DNA from: Micavibrio sp.
GTDB taxonomy: Bacteria > Patescibacteriota > Minisyncoccia > Moranbacterales > GCA-2747515
Length of the DNA: 59,196 bases
Assembly (NCBI GenBank): GCA_020718085.1
Contig: DYDB01000001.1
Span: 329,575 to 388,770, forward strand
Direction: 5' to 3'
The position numbers were made by a program, and so were the translations under genes. The notes below the pieces were generated by a model, which ran no database searches, was not told the origin of the DNA, and saw only the letters and a list, made by a program, of their open reading frames with translations. This document shows, piece after piece, positions 10,615-20,791 of this stretch (its first letter is position 1; the number at the start of each line of letters is the position of its first letter).

Positions 10615-11604
10615 CTATGTCGAAATATCTGTTTCATCAATGATCTCCCCTACCAACTCTTCCAATATGTCTTCCAATGTAATGATGCCAACAATTTCCT
10701 TTTGTGTGTCACGCACTACAAAAAGATGCGTATAATTTTTTATCATGCGTCGAAATGCACGTTCGATCGTGATGTTCTCATTGATATATTGCACCGGTAA
10801 TACAAAATCACCCACAGGACGATTGCGTTCATCAGAATTTAATTTTTGCATGATGGCATTCACATGGATGTAACCGATAAAATTATCATCACTCTTGCCA
10901 TCATGCACAGGATATCGTGAGTGACCAATGTGTGAGACTTCATGTGCAATTGTTTCGATTGACACAACCCCAGAAATCGCTTCTACACGTGCGAGTGGCG
11001 TCATTGTATCTTTCACGCAAATATCATTGAATTCAAATATATTTTCGATCATCGTATGTTCTCTGTGATGTACTGCGCCATGTTCCACGCCCATGCGCGC
11101 CATTACGCGAATTTCCTCTTCCGTCACATGATCATGTACATGAGACACACGCATGATCTTGTATATAACTCTATTGATCTGATGTACCACAAAAACGATT
11201 GGGTACATGAGAATAAAAATGATCCACATCGGCCACGCAACGAATTGTGCGATACGCTCTTTTTTTGCAATGGCAAAAGACTTCGGCAAAACCTCCCCAA
11301 ACATAAGGATCATGACTGTTGATGCACCCGTTGCAATGCCCATCACACCAGAATCAAAGTGTTGTGTAGCAATAACTGTCGCATATGACGCGATGGAAAT
11401 ATTAACCGCATTATTTCCAAATAAAATAGCAATAAGAAGTCGACGCGGTCGTTTTTTGAGACAATGCACCATTTCAGCACCAAAACGTTTTTGATCCATC
11501 ATCATGCGCACACGTGCTTGTGAGAGTGAAAAAAATGACGTTTCTGTTGCAGAGAAAAAAGCCGACATGCCCAGCAAGAGCACAAAAATAAGGATCGTGA
11601 TCAT
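10615..11604 (-). CDS. CNNM/DUF21 + CBS domain protein (hemolysin/CorB-like)
   Basis: SAFFSATETS, GNNAVN, FGEVLPK, HSRYPV, GIITLEDILEELVGEI. Confidence 0.93.
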   Translation of the reverse strand: MITILIFVLLLGMSAFFSATETSFFSLSQARVRMMMDQKRFGAEMVHCLKKRPRRLLIAILFGNNAVNISIASYATVIATQHFDSGVMGIATGASTVMILMFGEVLPKSFAIAKKERIAQFVAWPMWIIFILMYPIVFVVHQINRVIYKIMRVSHVHDHVTEEEIRVMARMGVEHGAVHHREHTMIENIFEFNDICVKDTMTPLARVEAISGVVSIETIAHEVSHIGHSRYPVHDGKSDDNFIGYIHVNAIMQKLNSDERNRPVGDFVLPVQYINENITIERAFRRMIKNYTHLFVVRDTQKEIVGIITLEDILEELVGEIIDETDIST

Positions 11605-11616
11605 AAAAAATGAAAA

Positions 11617-13062
11617 TTAGTTAAACATCCATCCAAACAAACTGAATTCTTTGCGTTGTTGTGCAACGAACGTTGCAATATCTTCGCGTTTTTTCAAAAG
11701 ATCGTCCACCTGACTTTGCAATACATGCTTATTGGTTTGATCATCCATACCAACAATTGCTTGCTGTGCCGCTTCAGACTCTTTTGCATAAATTTCCGCA
11801 CGTTCTTCAATTTCCTTAACATCAGACATGCGTGGGCCAATGAGGAACATTATGAATGCATTGCGTTCTTGTGCGTGCGCCACTGCTGACACATCAGCAT
11901 CATATGCTGTTTGCATCACATCTATAGCTGTTTGTGCAGTAGTTTTTAATCCTGTATCTTTTTGCATGGTTTCACGCAATTTAGCTTGTTCCGCTTCTTC
12001 AGCAGCAAGTCGCGCCTCTTCCTCCTCTATTTGTTGTTTCGTTAAATTTTGTTTTTTCTTTTCTGCCAAAAGACGCGCTTCTTCTTCCTTCTTTTTTTGC
12101 TCTTCAGCCGCTTGATCCTTCTGTTTTTGCGTCATACTTGCGTCAGCAACCGTTGATTCGGAAAGTGAACAATCCGGTGCAAAATCACCATCTTTATTTC
12201 CCGAAAGTTTATTTGATGACATATTCAGCGTTGCTTCCCAAAATTCTTTACCAGGATTTCCTCCACTCGGTGTTTTACAGTTCATGCCAAAATCATTATT
12301 ATCTGTAATTGTATTGCTCTTTATTTTTACCGCTCCAGATTTTCCTGTACCTTTGTAATATTGTGTGGCAATACCGCTTGCGCCATTTTTTTTGATCTTA
12401 TTGTCACTGATCAAAAGATCAGCTTTGCCCAAGATCACTTCAATACCGCTTTCTCCGTTGCCTGAAATTGTATTTCCCGAGATCGTCCCATCCACATTTG
12501 AACGGATATCCACACCTTCTTCATCATTGTCATAAACTTCACACCCTGTCATTTTGACTGTAGTGCCCGACTGGAGATATAAGCCCTTATTGCCATCATA
12601 AATTTTTGTATCATTTACCGTTACTTTTCCATTTCCCGCAACTGTAGTAATACCGATATCCGCACCCACTATTGTGCAATCTTCAATTTCAATCTCCGCA
12701 TCCTCATCCACATCAATACCACTTTTACCAGAGACGGTAACACCCGACATTTGCGCACCATTTTTCATCGTGATCGCTCCTGTGATCTTTACACTATCGC
12801 GACTTTTACCCTCTACGCTCACATCTTCACCGATCACAATGCTCTCATCATACGTTCCATCACGCACAATGATGCGTGCACAATCTTCATCCAATGCTTC
12901 ATCAATATCTTTAAATGGCTCATCATCACTTCCATCACCATCATTATCTGCATCCTCATCCACATAACACGTATCCGACGCATACACAAAAACCGGACTC
13001 TGGCTCACACCAAGTCCAATAATGATCAAAAAAAGAAACGCAAATAGTAATTTCTGTTTCAT
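11617..13062 (-). CDS. Secreted right-handed beta-helix (pectin lyase-like) protein with C-terminal coiled coil
   Basis: Signal peptide MKQKLLF..., GSDDEPFKDI/GTYDE entry motif, repeated I.NN.I.GN..GI turns. Confidence 0.8.
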   Translation of the reverse strand: MKQKLLFAFLFLIIIGLGVSQSPVFVYASDTCYVDEDADNDGDGSDDEPFKDIDEALDEDCARIIVRDGTYDESIVIGEDVSVEGKSRDSVKITGAITMKNGAQMSGVTVSGKSGIDVDEDAEIEIEDCTIVGADIGITTVAGNGKVTVNDTKIYDGNKGLYLQSGTTVKMTGCEVYDNDEEGVDIRSNVDGTISGNTISGNGESGIEVILGKADLLISDNKIKKNGASGIATQYYKGTGKSGAVKIKSNTITDNNDFGMNCKTPSGGNPGKEFWEATLNMSSNKLSGNKDGDFAPDCSLSESTVADASMTQKQKDQAAEEQKKKEEEARLLAEKKKQNLTKQQIEEEEARLAAEEAEQAKLRETMQKDTGLKTTAQTAIDVMQTAYDADVSAVAHAQERNAFIMFLIGPRMSDVKEIEERAEIYAKESEAAQQAIVGMDDQTNKHVLQSQVDDLLKKREDIATFVAQQRKEFSLFGWMFN

Positions 13063-13082
13063 GAAATGATTATACCAAAAAT

Positions 13083-14096
13083 CTATACTTCCTGCAATTG
13101 CGCTTTGATCATGATGCGTCGTGTATTTGTGCCAAGCGGCCAACATGTCGTGAGCGTAAGCTCTTGTGATTGTGACTGTGCAAAAATACGCACGTCATCA
13201 GGCAAGACTTCTTCCTTAAGTGAAACATTGTAGTCATATGCGATCTTTTTTCCATTTGCCATTGTCATCGTCACAGTGATCTTATCTCCAGTTACCAAGT
13301 CATTCAAACCTTTAAATACATAGTTATATGCACCTTGTGACCATGCATAATTACTGCTGTGTCCGGCTATATATGCATTACCTCTTTGTCCGGGCAATGC
13401 CGTGCCGGGATAATGCACCACACCACGTTCAAGATCTTTTTGCAGAGTTTTTTCATCCGCACTTGCAGAAAGTACAACTGGAACCTCCACATCAAGCTTA
13501 TTGATCGCAATCACAAAATTTATGCGAGCTTCTCCCGGCGCCACAGGATCATATCCTCCACTGATCTCTCGCCCATCATTATAGCCATCACCATCAGTGT
13601 CAGTTCTTTTCGGGTCAGTTCCAAAATAATATTCATCATAATATGTCAGTCCATCTTTATCCGTATCATCTTCACTATTATTGATCATGTGACCAACCGT
13701 ATCCATTTCCCATTTGTCAGGTATCTGATTTTCATTTGCATCCATCATACCAGCTCCATTCGGTGAATATCCATTTTGCACCTCACGTCCATCATTATAC
13801 CCATCACCATCCGTATCTGACTTTTGTGGATCCGTATTATATTTTGATTCATCGATCAATGTTAAACCGTCCCGATCCGTATCAAGCTTCAGATCAACCT
13901 CATTGTTCACGGTCACATGATATTTCGCCATCCACTCAGCAGATACGCCAAAATCCCGCTTGACTGCAGAGTCTTCTGCGACAACATATGCGGTTTTACG
14001 TGTACCATATACATTAAATCCACCGGAAATCAAAAAATACACGATAAAAAACGTGATAAAAAATGCCCCAATTGACCATAAAATACGTGCATTCAT
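13083..14096 (-). CDS. Sortase with N-terminal DxDGDG (TSP3-like Ca-binding) repeats
   Basis: N-terminal TM; DTDGDGYNDGRE twice; IAGHSS and LTLTTCWP..R give the His/Cys/Arg catalytic set. Confidence 0.92.
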   Translation of the reverse strand: MNARILWSIGAFFITFFIVYFLISGGFNVYGTRKTAYVVAEDSAVKRDFGVSAEWMAKYHVTVNNEVDLKLDTDRDGLTLIDESKYNTDPQKSDTDGDGYNDGREVQNGYSPNGAGMMDANENQIPDKWEMDTVGHMINNSEDDTDKDGLTYYDEYYFGTDPKRTDTDGDGYNDGREISGGYDPVAPGEARINFVIAINKLDVEVPVVLSASADEKTLQKDLERGVVHYPGTALPGQRGNAYIAGHSSNYAWSQGAYNYVFKGLNDLVTGDKITVTMTMANGKKIAYDYNVSLKEEVLPDDVRIFAQSQSQELTLTTCWPLGTNTRRIMIKAQLQEV

Positions 14097-14174
14097 GACT
14101 TTTTGCCTTTATGTACTGATTTTAAATTATACCATTTTAATAGCTTTTTGTCAATTATTATGTTTTTAAAAGAA

Positions 14175-14201
14175 AAACCACAGATCTATTTTCTGTGGTT
14201 T
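14175..14201 (-). terminator. Intrinsic terminator after the 58-aa small ORF
   Basis: AAACCACAGA/TCTGTGGTTT inverted repeat with a T-tract on the minus strand. Confidence 0.65.
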
Positions 14202-14214
14202 GTCTATTTTCATT

Positions 14215-14391
14215 TTATTGATTTGTGTTCTCATCAAAAAATGGCGAGTCGTCCGCTGGCTTCTGTGTTTCATTGTGAGTTTCCGGCATCTCATCATGTT
14301 TTTCTACAGATATCTGCTCTTCTGTTTCAGCAGGAATATCTTGAAGCTCAATACGGTCACTACCGCCAAACAATCGTGAAAAAAATCCCAT
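14215..14391 (-). CDS. Small acidic protein (58 aa) starting MGFFSRLFGG
   Basis: Translated by hand (below the ORF-track cutoff): MGFFSRLFGGSDRIELQDIPAETEEQISVEKHDEMPETHNETQKPADDSPFFDENTNQ; fills the gap and is followed by a terminator. Confidence 0.75.
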   Translation of the reverse strand: MGFFSRLFGGSDRIELQDIPAETEEQISVEKHDEMPETHNETQKPADDSPFFDENTNQ

Positions 14392-14447
14392 ATTTTTTCA
14401 TTTATTAATTAGTTATTCAAAACACCGTGAGGTATTATACCACAAAA

Positions 14448-15950
14448 TTACAAAAGTGGTGACAAGAGACGTACTATTGAATTACGCAATCTGACAAAAA
14501 AATTCTTTTTTCTGTGATCACCAAATGTAAATCTGCTACACGACAAAAGGTCACTCTTGAAATCTCGTTCCATCTTTTGTGTCACGCCACGATCAAAAAT
14601 GACAACGTTGTTTTCATAAGATAAACGCAAACTGCGAATATCCATATTTGTTGTACCAATTGAACATATGCATGAATCAACCATGATCGTTTTGGCATGG
14701 AGAAATCCGGCATTATAATGGTAAATCTTTACTCCGGCAAGCAACAAGTCCTCAAAGTATGTAAACGCAGCCCAATATGGAATATTTTTATCCACCACGC
14801 CCGTGATCATGAGACGCACGTCCACACCGGAAAGTGCTACGATCTTCATTGCCTCGAAAAGATTTTCGTCTGGTATAAAATATGGCGTTTGGATATACAC
14901 ATGATCCTGTGCCGCGAGAATCATTATGAACAATGATTGTTTGATCGGTTGCCAATAGGAATGTGGTTCAGAAGATATGATCTGAATTGGCAGATCTCCA
15001 TATATCGCATCCACGTGTAATGGAAAATATTTTTCCTCGAACAGTGATTCCTGTTGCGTCTCTTCCCAGTTTATAGCAAAGGCTGTTTGCAACGATAACA
15101 CAGCCTCCCCGTGAATGCGCATATGCGTATCACGCCACGTAGTATATGTATTCCCGCCAGTCACATATTCCTGACCCATGTTCATACCACCGGTATATCC
15201 GATCACTCCATCGATTACGACAATTTTACGATGCAAAAGATAATTGACCGTCGTGATCTTCAGAGGTGATAATGTATTATAAAATGGCACAATGCGCACA
15301 CCGGCTTTACGCATATGGCGAATGTATCGGTAATGAAAAAAGTGTGTGAAAAATGATCCGATAGGATCAAAGATCACACGCACTTCCACACCCTCTTGGG
15401 CCTTCATGACGAGAATATCGGAAATTTCCTGCGTCAACGGATCTTTTCGCCAAATAAAATACTCCATGTGAATAAATTTTTTCGCGTTACGAAGATCGCT
15501 CTTGAGCGCTTCAAATTTTTCCTGCCCTGTTTGAAAGATCATTACTGTGTTATTGGTCGTCAAAAGCGCATCAGAGTTATTTTGTGAGATATGCAGCATG
15601 CGCTCAATATCAGCAGAAAATCCACATTCCTTTACGCTTTGGAAATGTTCATGTTGCTTTTCGCGGATCACAGAAAGAATACTTTCTGTCTTCATACGCA
15701 ATTCCTTGATCCTTCCCTTTTTCTTGGGATTGTGAACCTTCCAATTACGACCAAAAAAAACGTACATGAAAAAACCAACGATGGGAAAAAGAAGAAAGAC
15801 CAAGATCCAAGCGAGCGTTGAGCTGGTATCACGATTCTCCATGATGATAAAGATCATCACCACAGCAAGATAGACATAAATGATCAAAAGCACGATACCG
15901 GAAAATTGTTCTAAAATTGAGATGAGCGTATGCATAGCAAATTTGACCAT
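14448..15950 (-). CDS. cls: Cardiolipin synthase
   Basis: Two N-terminal TMs; two HKD motifs (HRKIVVID, HAKTIMVD); IQTPYFIP. Confidence 0.96.
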   Translation of the reverse strand: MVKFAMHTLISILEQFSGIVLLIIYVYLAVVMIFIIMENRDTSSTLAWILVFLLFPIVGFFMYVFFGRNWKVHNPKKKGRIKELRMKTESILSVIREKQHEHFQSVKECGFSADIERMLHISQNNSDALLTTNNTVMIFQTGQEKFEALKSDLRNAKKFIHMEYFIWRKDPLTQEISDILVMKAQEGVEVRVIFDPIGSFFTHFFHYRYIRHMRKAGVRIVPFYNTLSPLKITTVNYLLHRKIVVIDGVIGYTGGMNMGQEYVTGGNTYTTWRDTHMRIHGEAVLSLQTAFAINWEETQQESLFEEKYFPLHVDAIYGDLPIQIISSEPHSYWQPIKQSLFIMILAAQDHVYIQTPYFIPDENLFEAMKIVALSGVDVRLMITGVVDKNIPYWAAFTYFEDLLLAGVKIYHYNAGFLHAKTIMVDSCICSIGTTNMDIRSLRLSYENNVVIFDRGVTQKMERDFKSDLLSCSRFTFGDHRKKNFFVRLRNSIVRLLSPLL

Positions 15951-16060
15951 TCTTTATGATTATCAGCATCATAACGTATTTTCCTCTTTCTGTCACGAAG
16001 CAAAAACCGCCACCTTTTCAGGAAGCGGCCATGACTCATAATATATAAAAGAGAAACTTT

Positions 16061-16585
16061 CTACACCTCGCTCATGCAACGTGCTGACTGCATCATTTCT
16101 GGTGCACAATATTTCTTGGTGCAACTCAATGTTTCGTCCTTATTCACCACACAGGTATTGCATCCGTCAAACCATGATGTACATCCCGGTGTTACAGCAT
16201 TGTTGTTACTGTCCATAATTATTTGTTCATCATCGATCATGTTTTTTTGTGTGCACATGATACTTGCGCCATCAGATTCCATCATAAGTGTCGCTTCGCC
16301 CTGATGTGTCCAAAATGTCACCGTACCGTCGGAATATTTTGCACCAGATGCAGCTACTACCAAAGGTAATATCATATCTTCATGTATTTTCCCCGTAAAA
16401 AATAGTTGTGTCGTTTGTGGTTCTGTTTCATTGTTGAAATCTGCCTTCACTTCTTGTCCCTGACAATCATATACTACCGCCGTGTCACTAGGCATACTCA
16501 CTTCTTGTTCAACAACAACATCTTCTTGCGCACCACACCCTGCAAGGAGAAATACTGCTGCAATCACTCCACATATCTTTTTCAT
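16061..16585 (-). CDS. Lipoprotein: MliC-like domain + C-terminal CxxWFDGCNTC domain
   Basis: Lipobox LAGC; YDC...AASGAKYSDG..FWTHQGEATL (MliC signature); Cys-rich tail. Confidence 0.8.
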   Translation of the reverse strand: MKKICGVIAAVFLLAGCGAQEDVVVEQEVSMPSDTAVVYDCQGQEVKADFNNETEPQTTQLFFTGKIHEDMILPLVVAASGAKYSDGTVTFWTHQGEATLMMESDGASIMCTQKNMIDDEQIIMDSNNNAVTPGCTSWFDGCNTCVVNKDETLSCTKKYCAPEMMQSARCMSEV

Positions 16586-16775
16586 ATCATCTTTATGAAT
16601 AATTACTTACAATTCTTCCCCTTTGCTACCTATAATAGAGAAGCTCTGTAAAAAATCAAGTGCGTTATCCACAGACACGACCATGCAACACCATCTTAAT
16701 TGAAAATAGTATTCTGCAGTACCGCCCCGGATCATGTTCACTGCATAAGAAAATACGAGATCATTGATACATTTC

Positions 16776-17345
16776 TTACACGCCACCGTTGAGACAATGC
16801 GCTTTCTCGATCTTATCCTTTGCACAATGCCAGATTGAACAAGAAGTAAGATGTTTTCCGTCAAAAGAACATGTATTACATCCATCAAACCACTTACTAC
16901 ACCCTGGATCAACGATGTTGCCATTATCATCTTTGACCGCATTCTTCAGTTGTTCTTCCGTCATCTTTTCATTGCATGAAACATGCATTTTGTCATCCTT
17001 CGATCGAATCACTACAACTTCACGTTGTTTCTTCATGATCGTTGTACTATTTTGATATACATCTCCTATAGGCAATGCTTCAGGGTTCGTCGCATCAAAA
17101 ACTAGAGGTTCCTCTGTATATCCTACCCCCATAATTCGAGCAGTCGCCGGAGAAGTGCCCCCATAAGAAAATTCAATTTTTATTTCCTGTCCCTGACAAT
17201 CATACATTGTTGAAATGACATTTCTGCCTTGTTTCATTTCATCAGATCCTGTCAGTTTTTGTTTAGAATCCTCTTGTTTTTGCATTGTTCCGGCACAGCC
17301 AGCCAAAAACATTGCCATTACTCCGATCAAAAGTATTTTTTTCAT
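16776..17345 (-). CDS. Lipoprotein paralog with degenerate MliC-like domain + CxxWFDGCNTC domain
   Basis: Lipobox LAGC; shares YDCQGQE and PGCxxWFDGCNTC with the neighbouring gene. Confidence 0.75.
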   Translation of the reverse strand: MKKILLIGVMAMFLAGCAGTMQKQEDSKQKLTGSDEMKQGRNVISTMYDCQGQEIKIEFSYGGTSPATARIMGVGYTEEPLVFDATNPEALPIGDVYQNSTTIMKKQREVVVIRSKDDKMHVSCNEKMTEEQLKNAVKDDNGNIVDPGCSKWFDGCNTCSFDGKHLTSCSIWHCAKDKIEKAHCLNGGV

Positions 17346-17467
17346 TTGACTATTGATTAATAATAACTTTTTTCACATATTACAGATATAGTAATTATAG
17401 AACAACAACAATATTATTCAAAACTGAAATTGTATACAAATTATATATTTCTGCTATCATACATATC

Positions 17468-18727
17468 ATGAAAACATTTGAACAATTTGATGTCATTGTC
17501 ATAGGTGGCGGACCATCCGGCATGATGTGTGCCGGGCGTGCAGCAGAGTTGGGTGCACGCGTTTTACTATTGGAAAAAAACGCCACGCTCGGCAACAAGC
17601 TCCTTCTTACTGGTGGCGGTCGTTGTAACATCACAAATGCGATATTCGACACAAACGCCTTCCTGAATAACTTTCCCGAGGCAAAAAAATACCTTCATTC
17701 ACCATTTGCGCAATTTGGTGTCCAAGATACATTTGATTTCTTCTCTGCACACAACCTGCCATTGGTTGTAGAAGCACGAAACCGCGCATTCCCCCAGACA
17801 CAGCATGCACAAGATGTTCTCAACGTAATGACAAATTATATGCGAAAAGGCAAAGTCACGATCCGCATGAATACACGTATCATCTCGCTTCATCGTGAGG
17901 CTCAAAAGATCGTCTCTTTGCGTGATCAAAATAATGTGGAATACCGTGCCAATAAATTCGTCATTGCGACAGGCGGTCTCGCCGCACCGGAGACAGGTTC
18001 CACGGGAGATGGTGTTACATTCCTCGACACACTAGGACATACTACGCAAAAGTCAAATCCAAATCTCGTTCCGCTCAAAACAAATGCGAAATGGATCCAC
18101 AATCTTTCCGGCATTTCTTGGTCATTTATGAAAATTCGATTTGTACAAGAAGAAAAGACTCGTTTACGCAAAACCGGTAAGATCCTCTTTACACATTTTG
18201 GCATTTCCGGTCCACTGATCATCAACAGTGCATTCGAAGTAAAAAAGCTCCTTGAAAAAGGACCTGTTGACGCTGTGATCGATCTATTTCCCGACACAGA
18301 AGAAGCGGAATTGGATCGAAAAATACTCAACCTTCTTACACGACTTGGTGATAAAAAAATGAAAAATGTCCTTCCTGAAATGATCTTCAAAAAGATCGCT
18401 CTTGAAATACTTGATCTTCCGCTGTTGCAACTATCTGAAAAATTTGCCAAAAATATTACACGTGAAGAACGCAAAAATCTCGTGCATACACTCAAAAATC
18501 TGACATTTCCAATTACCGGCACATGCGGTATGGACAAAGCAATTGTCGCAGATGGCGGCGTAAAACTTTCGGAAGTGGATTTTACAACGATGACATCACG
18601 ACTATATCCAAATCTCTATATACTTGGCGATGTCTTAAATATCAATCGTCCATCCGGCGGATTTTCTCTACAACTATGTTGGACAACAGGATTCGTCGCA
18701 GGTACGCACATTGGCACAACCCTCTAA
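17468..18727 (+). CDS. HI0933/YhiN family flavoprotein
   Basis: GGGPSG, KLLLTGGGRCNITN, ATGG..P.TGSTGDG, LFTHFGISGP, GGFSLQ. Confidence 0.93.
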   Translation: MKTFEQFDVIVIGGGPSGMMCAGRAAELGARVLLLEKNATLGNKLLLTGGGRCNITNAIFDTNAFLNNFPEAKKYLHSPFAQFGVQDTFDFFSAHNLPLVVEARNRAFPQTQHAQDVLNVMTNYMRKGKVTIRMNTRIISLHREAQKIVSLRDQNNVEYRANKFVIATGGLAAPETGSTGDGVTFLDTLGHTTQKSNPNLVPLKTNAKWIHNLSGISWSFMKIRFVQEEKTRLRKTGKILFTHFGISGPLIINSAFEVKKLLEKGPVDAVIDLFPDTEEAELDRKILNLLTRLGDKKMKNVLPEMIFKKIALEILDLPLLQLSEKFAKNITREERKNLVHTLKNLTFPITGTCGMDKAIVADGGVKLSEVDFTTMTSRLYPNLYILGDVLNINRPSGGFSLQLCWTTGFVAGTHIGTTL

Positions 18728-18739
18728 AAAAACAAAAAG

Positions 18740-19954
18740 ATGACCACAAAACCATTTAAAGAAACTTACGATGACATTCGAGATGCGATACGACTTACGC
18801 GCAAAAGTGTTTTACGCTCGATCGAATTTCAACTTTTCTTCGATATTGCATATATTTTCTTTCTTCTCTTTATTGCACATATAATTTTACGATTGTCCGT
18901 TGATTTTTTTGACAAGGTGCTTTTTTATCTTCGTGTCGGAAGCACTTTAGAGCGCATTCCCTATCTCTCATTCATTGATTTTCATGCACTGTTTGTTCTC
19001 ACCGGACTATTACTACTCCTCGCGTTGTTTTATCTTATTGAAACGAATGCAGTCATCATCATCACATCATCTTACTATCGCAATACACCGATTTCATCTC
19101 TTCGCGCATTCCTCCGTGCATGCATCAAAACACCCTATGTGCTCATGGTACGCATTGTGGAACTACGTATACATTTTTATTACATAATCGGTTTTTACTT
19201 TCTGTGGCAAACACTTTTGCAAATTTTTCCTCATACACCATATATATATCACTGGGGCGGCATTGGACTGATCATTTATTTCACCTTGGTCATTCTCGCC
19301 ATTCTTTTTCATTATACAATGAGCGCATACGTTATCTGTCTGGAAAATAATGAATCTCCATATGATTTTGAAGATTCCGTCACGATCCACGCGCAAAAAA
19401 AACGTACACGCTCTACGATCGCATTTTATGCACTTTTCTTATTGATCACGATAATATGGATCATCTTATTTTCTCTTATCACGAAGGGCATGATCATTTT
19501 TTCTCATTATCATCCATCATTTATCGCCAATATATTGACATTGTTCATCGCAGGTACAGTAATGAGCATTTTTGTTTTTTTCTCGATCACGAAAACACTG
19601 CGCGTCAGCATTCTTACGATTATTTATCATGACGAAAGATATGCGCAAAGAAAGATCACACCAATCGCCATGCCAACCCCCTCATTCACACAACGTCGAC
19701 TCGTCACATGCATGATCATCTTTACAATCGTTGCCCTTGGTATGTGCATCATCATATTTTCAACTTATGACAAAACAGCTCAGCTTGTCTCCCACACAGA
19801 AGATTTCATTCTTACACAAACTCGTCCATCCCTTCACAATATGCCAAGATCCAGTGACGCTCTCGCCGACCGATTTTTTTCCAAGGATTACACAACGATC
19901 GATATTATAGAAAATGCCTTATTTTCTTACATTACAATTCTTATCAAAAAATAA
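18740..19954 (+). CDS. Multi-pass membrane protein (possibly a GDPD membrane-domain type without the catalytic domain)
   Basis: About 7 TM segments; 12 bp downstream of the flavoprotein gene; family guess is weak. Confidence 0.55.
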   Translation: MTTKPFKETYDDIRDAIRLTRKSVLRSIEFQLFFDIAYIFFLLFIAHIILRLSVDFFDKVLFYLRVGSTLERIPYLSFIDFHALFVLTGLLLLLALFYLIETNAVIIITSSYYRNTPISSLRAFLRACIKTPYVLMVRIVELRIHFYYIIGFYFLWQTLLQIFPHTPYIYHWGGIGLIIYFTLVILAILFHYTMSAYVICLENNESPYDFEDSVTIHAQKKRTRSTIAFYALFLLITIIWIILFSLITKGMIIFSHYHPSFIANILTLFIAGTVMSIFVFFSITKTLRVSILTIIYHDERYAQRKITPIAMPTPSFTQRRLVTCMIIFTIVALGMCIIIFSTYDKTAQLVSHTEDFILTQTRPSLHNMPRSSDALADRFFSKDYTTIDIIENALFSYITILIKK

Positions 19955-19963
19955 TACCCAATC

Positions 19964-19995
19964 AAAAAACCGCACATACATATGTGCGGTTTTTT
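19964..19995. terminator. Bidirectional intrinsic terminator
   Basis: A6-CCGCACATA-ca-TATGTGCGG-T6 between convergent genes. Confidence 0.85.
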
Positions 19996-20009
19996 GCATG
20001 TTGTACGTT

Positions 20010-20588
20010 CTACACTGTTGGAGGTGTTGGTGTTGGCATAACCGGTTGCATCGGTTTGGTATATACTGCAGAACCAAATGCAAGCATTGGAAGAAAAATG
20101 ATACCAAGAAAGATCATACCGATCGTATATCCCACACCCTTACCGAAAACCTTGCTCAATTCATGATACATCATGATAATGACAATGAAGTTCACAAAAG
20201 GAATGAATAGCAACACAATCCACCACAATGGTTTATTGATCATTTGCAACCACACAATAATGTTATAAATAGGAATAATGGAAGCCCATCCTGGTTGCCC
20301 CGCTTTTACATAGATCTTCCACATGGATATAATCATCAAAACAAGTACTGCAAACCAAATGACAAACATTACCAAACCAAAACCTAGAGCTGCTGCTGCC
20401 GCAGCAGGATCAACATCCTGTGTTGGCATACCGGTTTCAGTATACAATCCCCCATCTTCCATCATATAATCAATATCCGAAGACATGTATCCATCATCAC
20501 TGTACATATCTCCCGACACATCGGCGGAAACATATCCATCCTCAATGTCTACGGCAACATCGTCTGTTTGGACTGTGACATCATCCAT
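20010..20588 (-). CDS. DUF5684-type membrane protein with acidic N-terminal extension
   Basis: WKIYVKAGQPGWASIIPIYN...LSKVFGKGVGY...LAFG. Confidence 0.85.
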   Translation of the reverse strand: MDDVTVQTDDVAVDIEDGYVSADVSGDMYSDDGYMSSDIDYMMEDGGLYTETGMPTQDVDPAAAAAALGFGLVMFVIWFAVLVLMIISMWKIYVKAGQPGWASIIPIYNIIVWLQMINKPLWWIVLLFIPFVNFIVIIMMYHELSKVFGKGVGYTIGMIFLGIIFLPMLAFGSAVYTKPMQPVMPTPTPPTV

Positions 20589-20634
20589 ATTTTTTTATTA
20601 AATACTTATGCGCATATTATACCAAATTTTACAA

Positions 20635-20779
20635 TTATTGCACAATGTTGTGATATGCACGGTACCATGCAACAAACTTTTCAATTCCTTCATCGATTCA
20701 CGTCGCTAGTTTTTCTCCCAATTTTTTCAAGAAGTTTAATATTGCAAATGTCGCCTTTGTGCAAAGTAAAATTACGTCC
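20635..20779 (-). pseudogene. Remnant of an NAD-dependent sugar epimerase/dehydratase
   Basis: Fragments NFTLHKGDICNIKLLEKI and IDEGIEKFVAWYRAY in different frames, matching early and terminal segments of extended SDR epimerases. Confidence 0.6.
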
Positions 20780-20791
20780 TTTTTAATGTTG

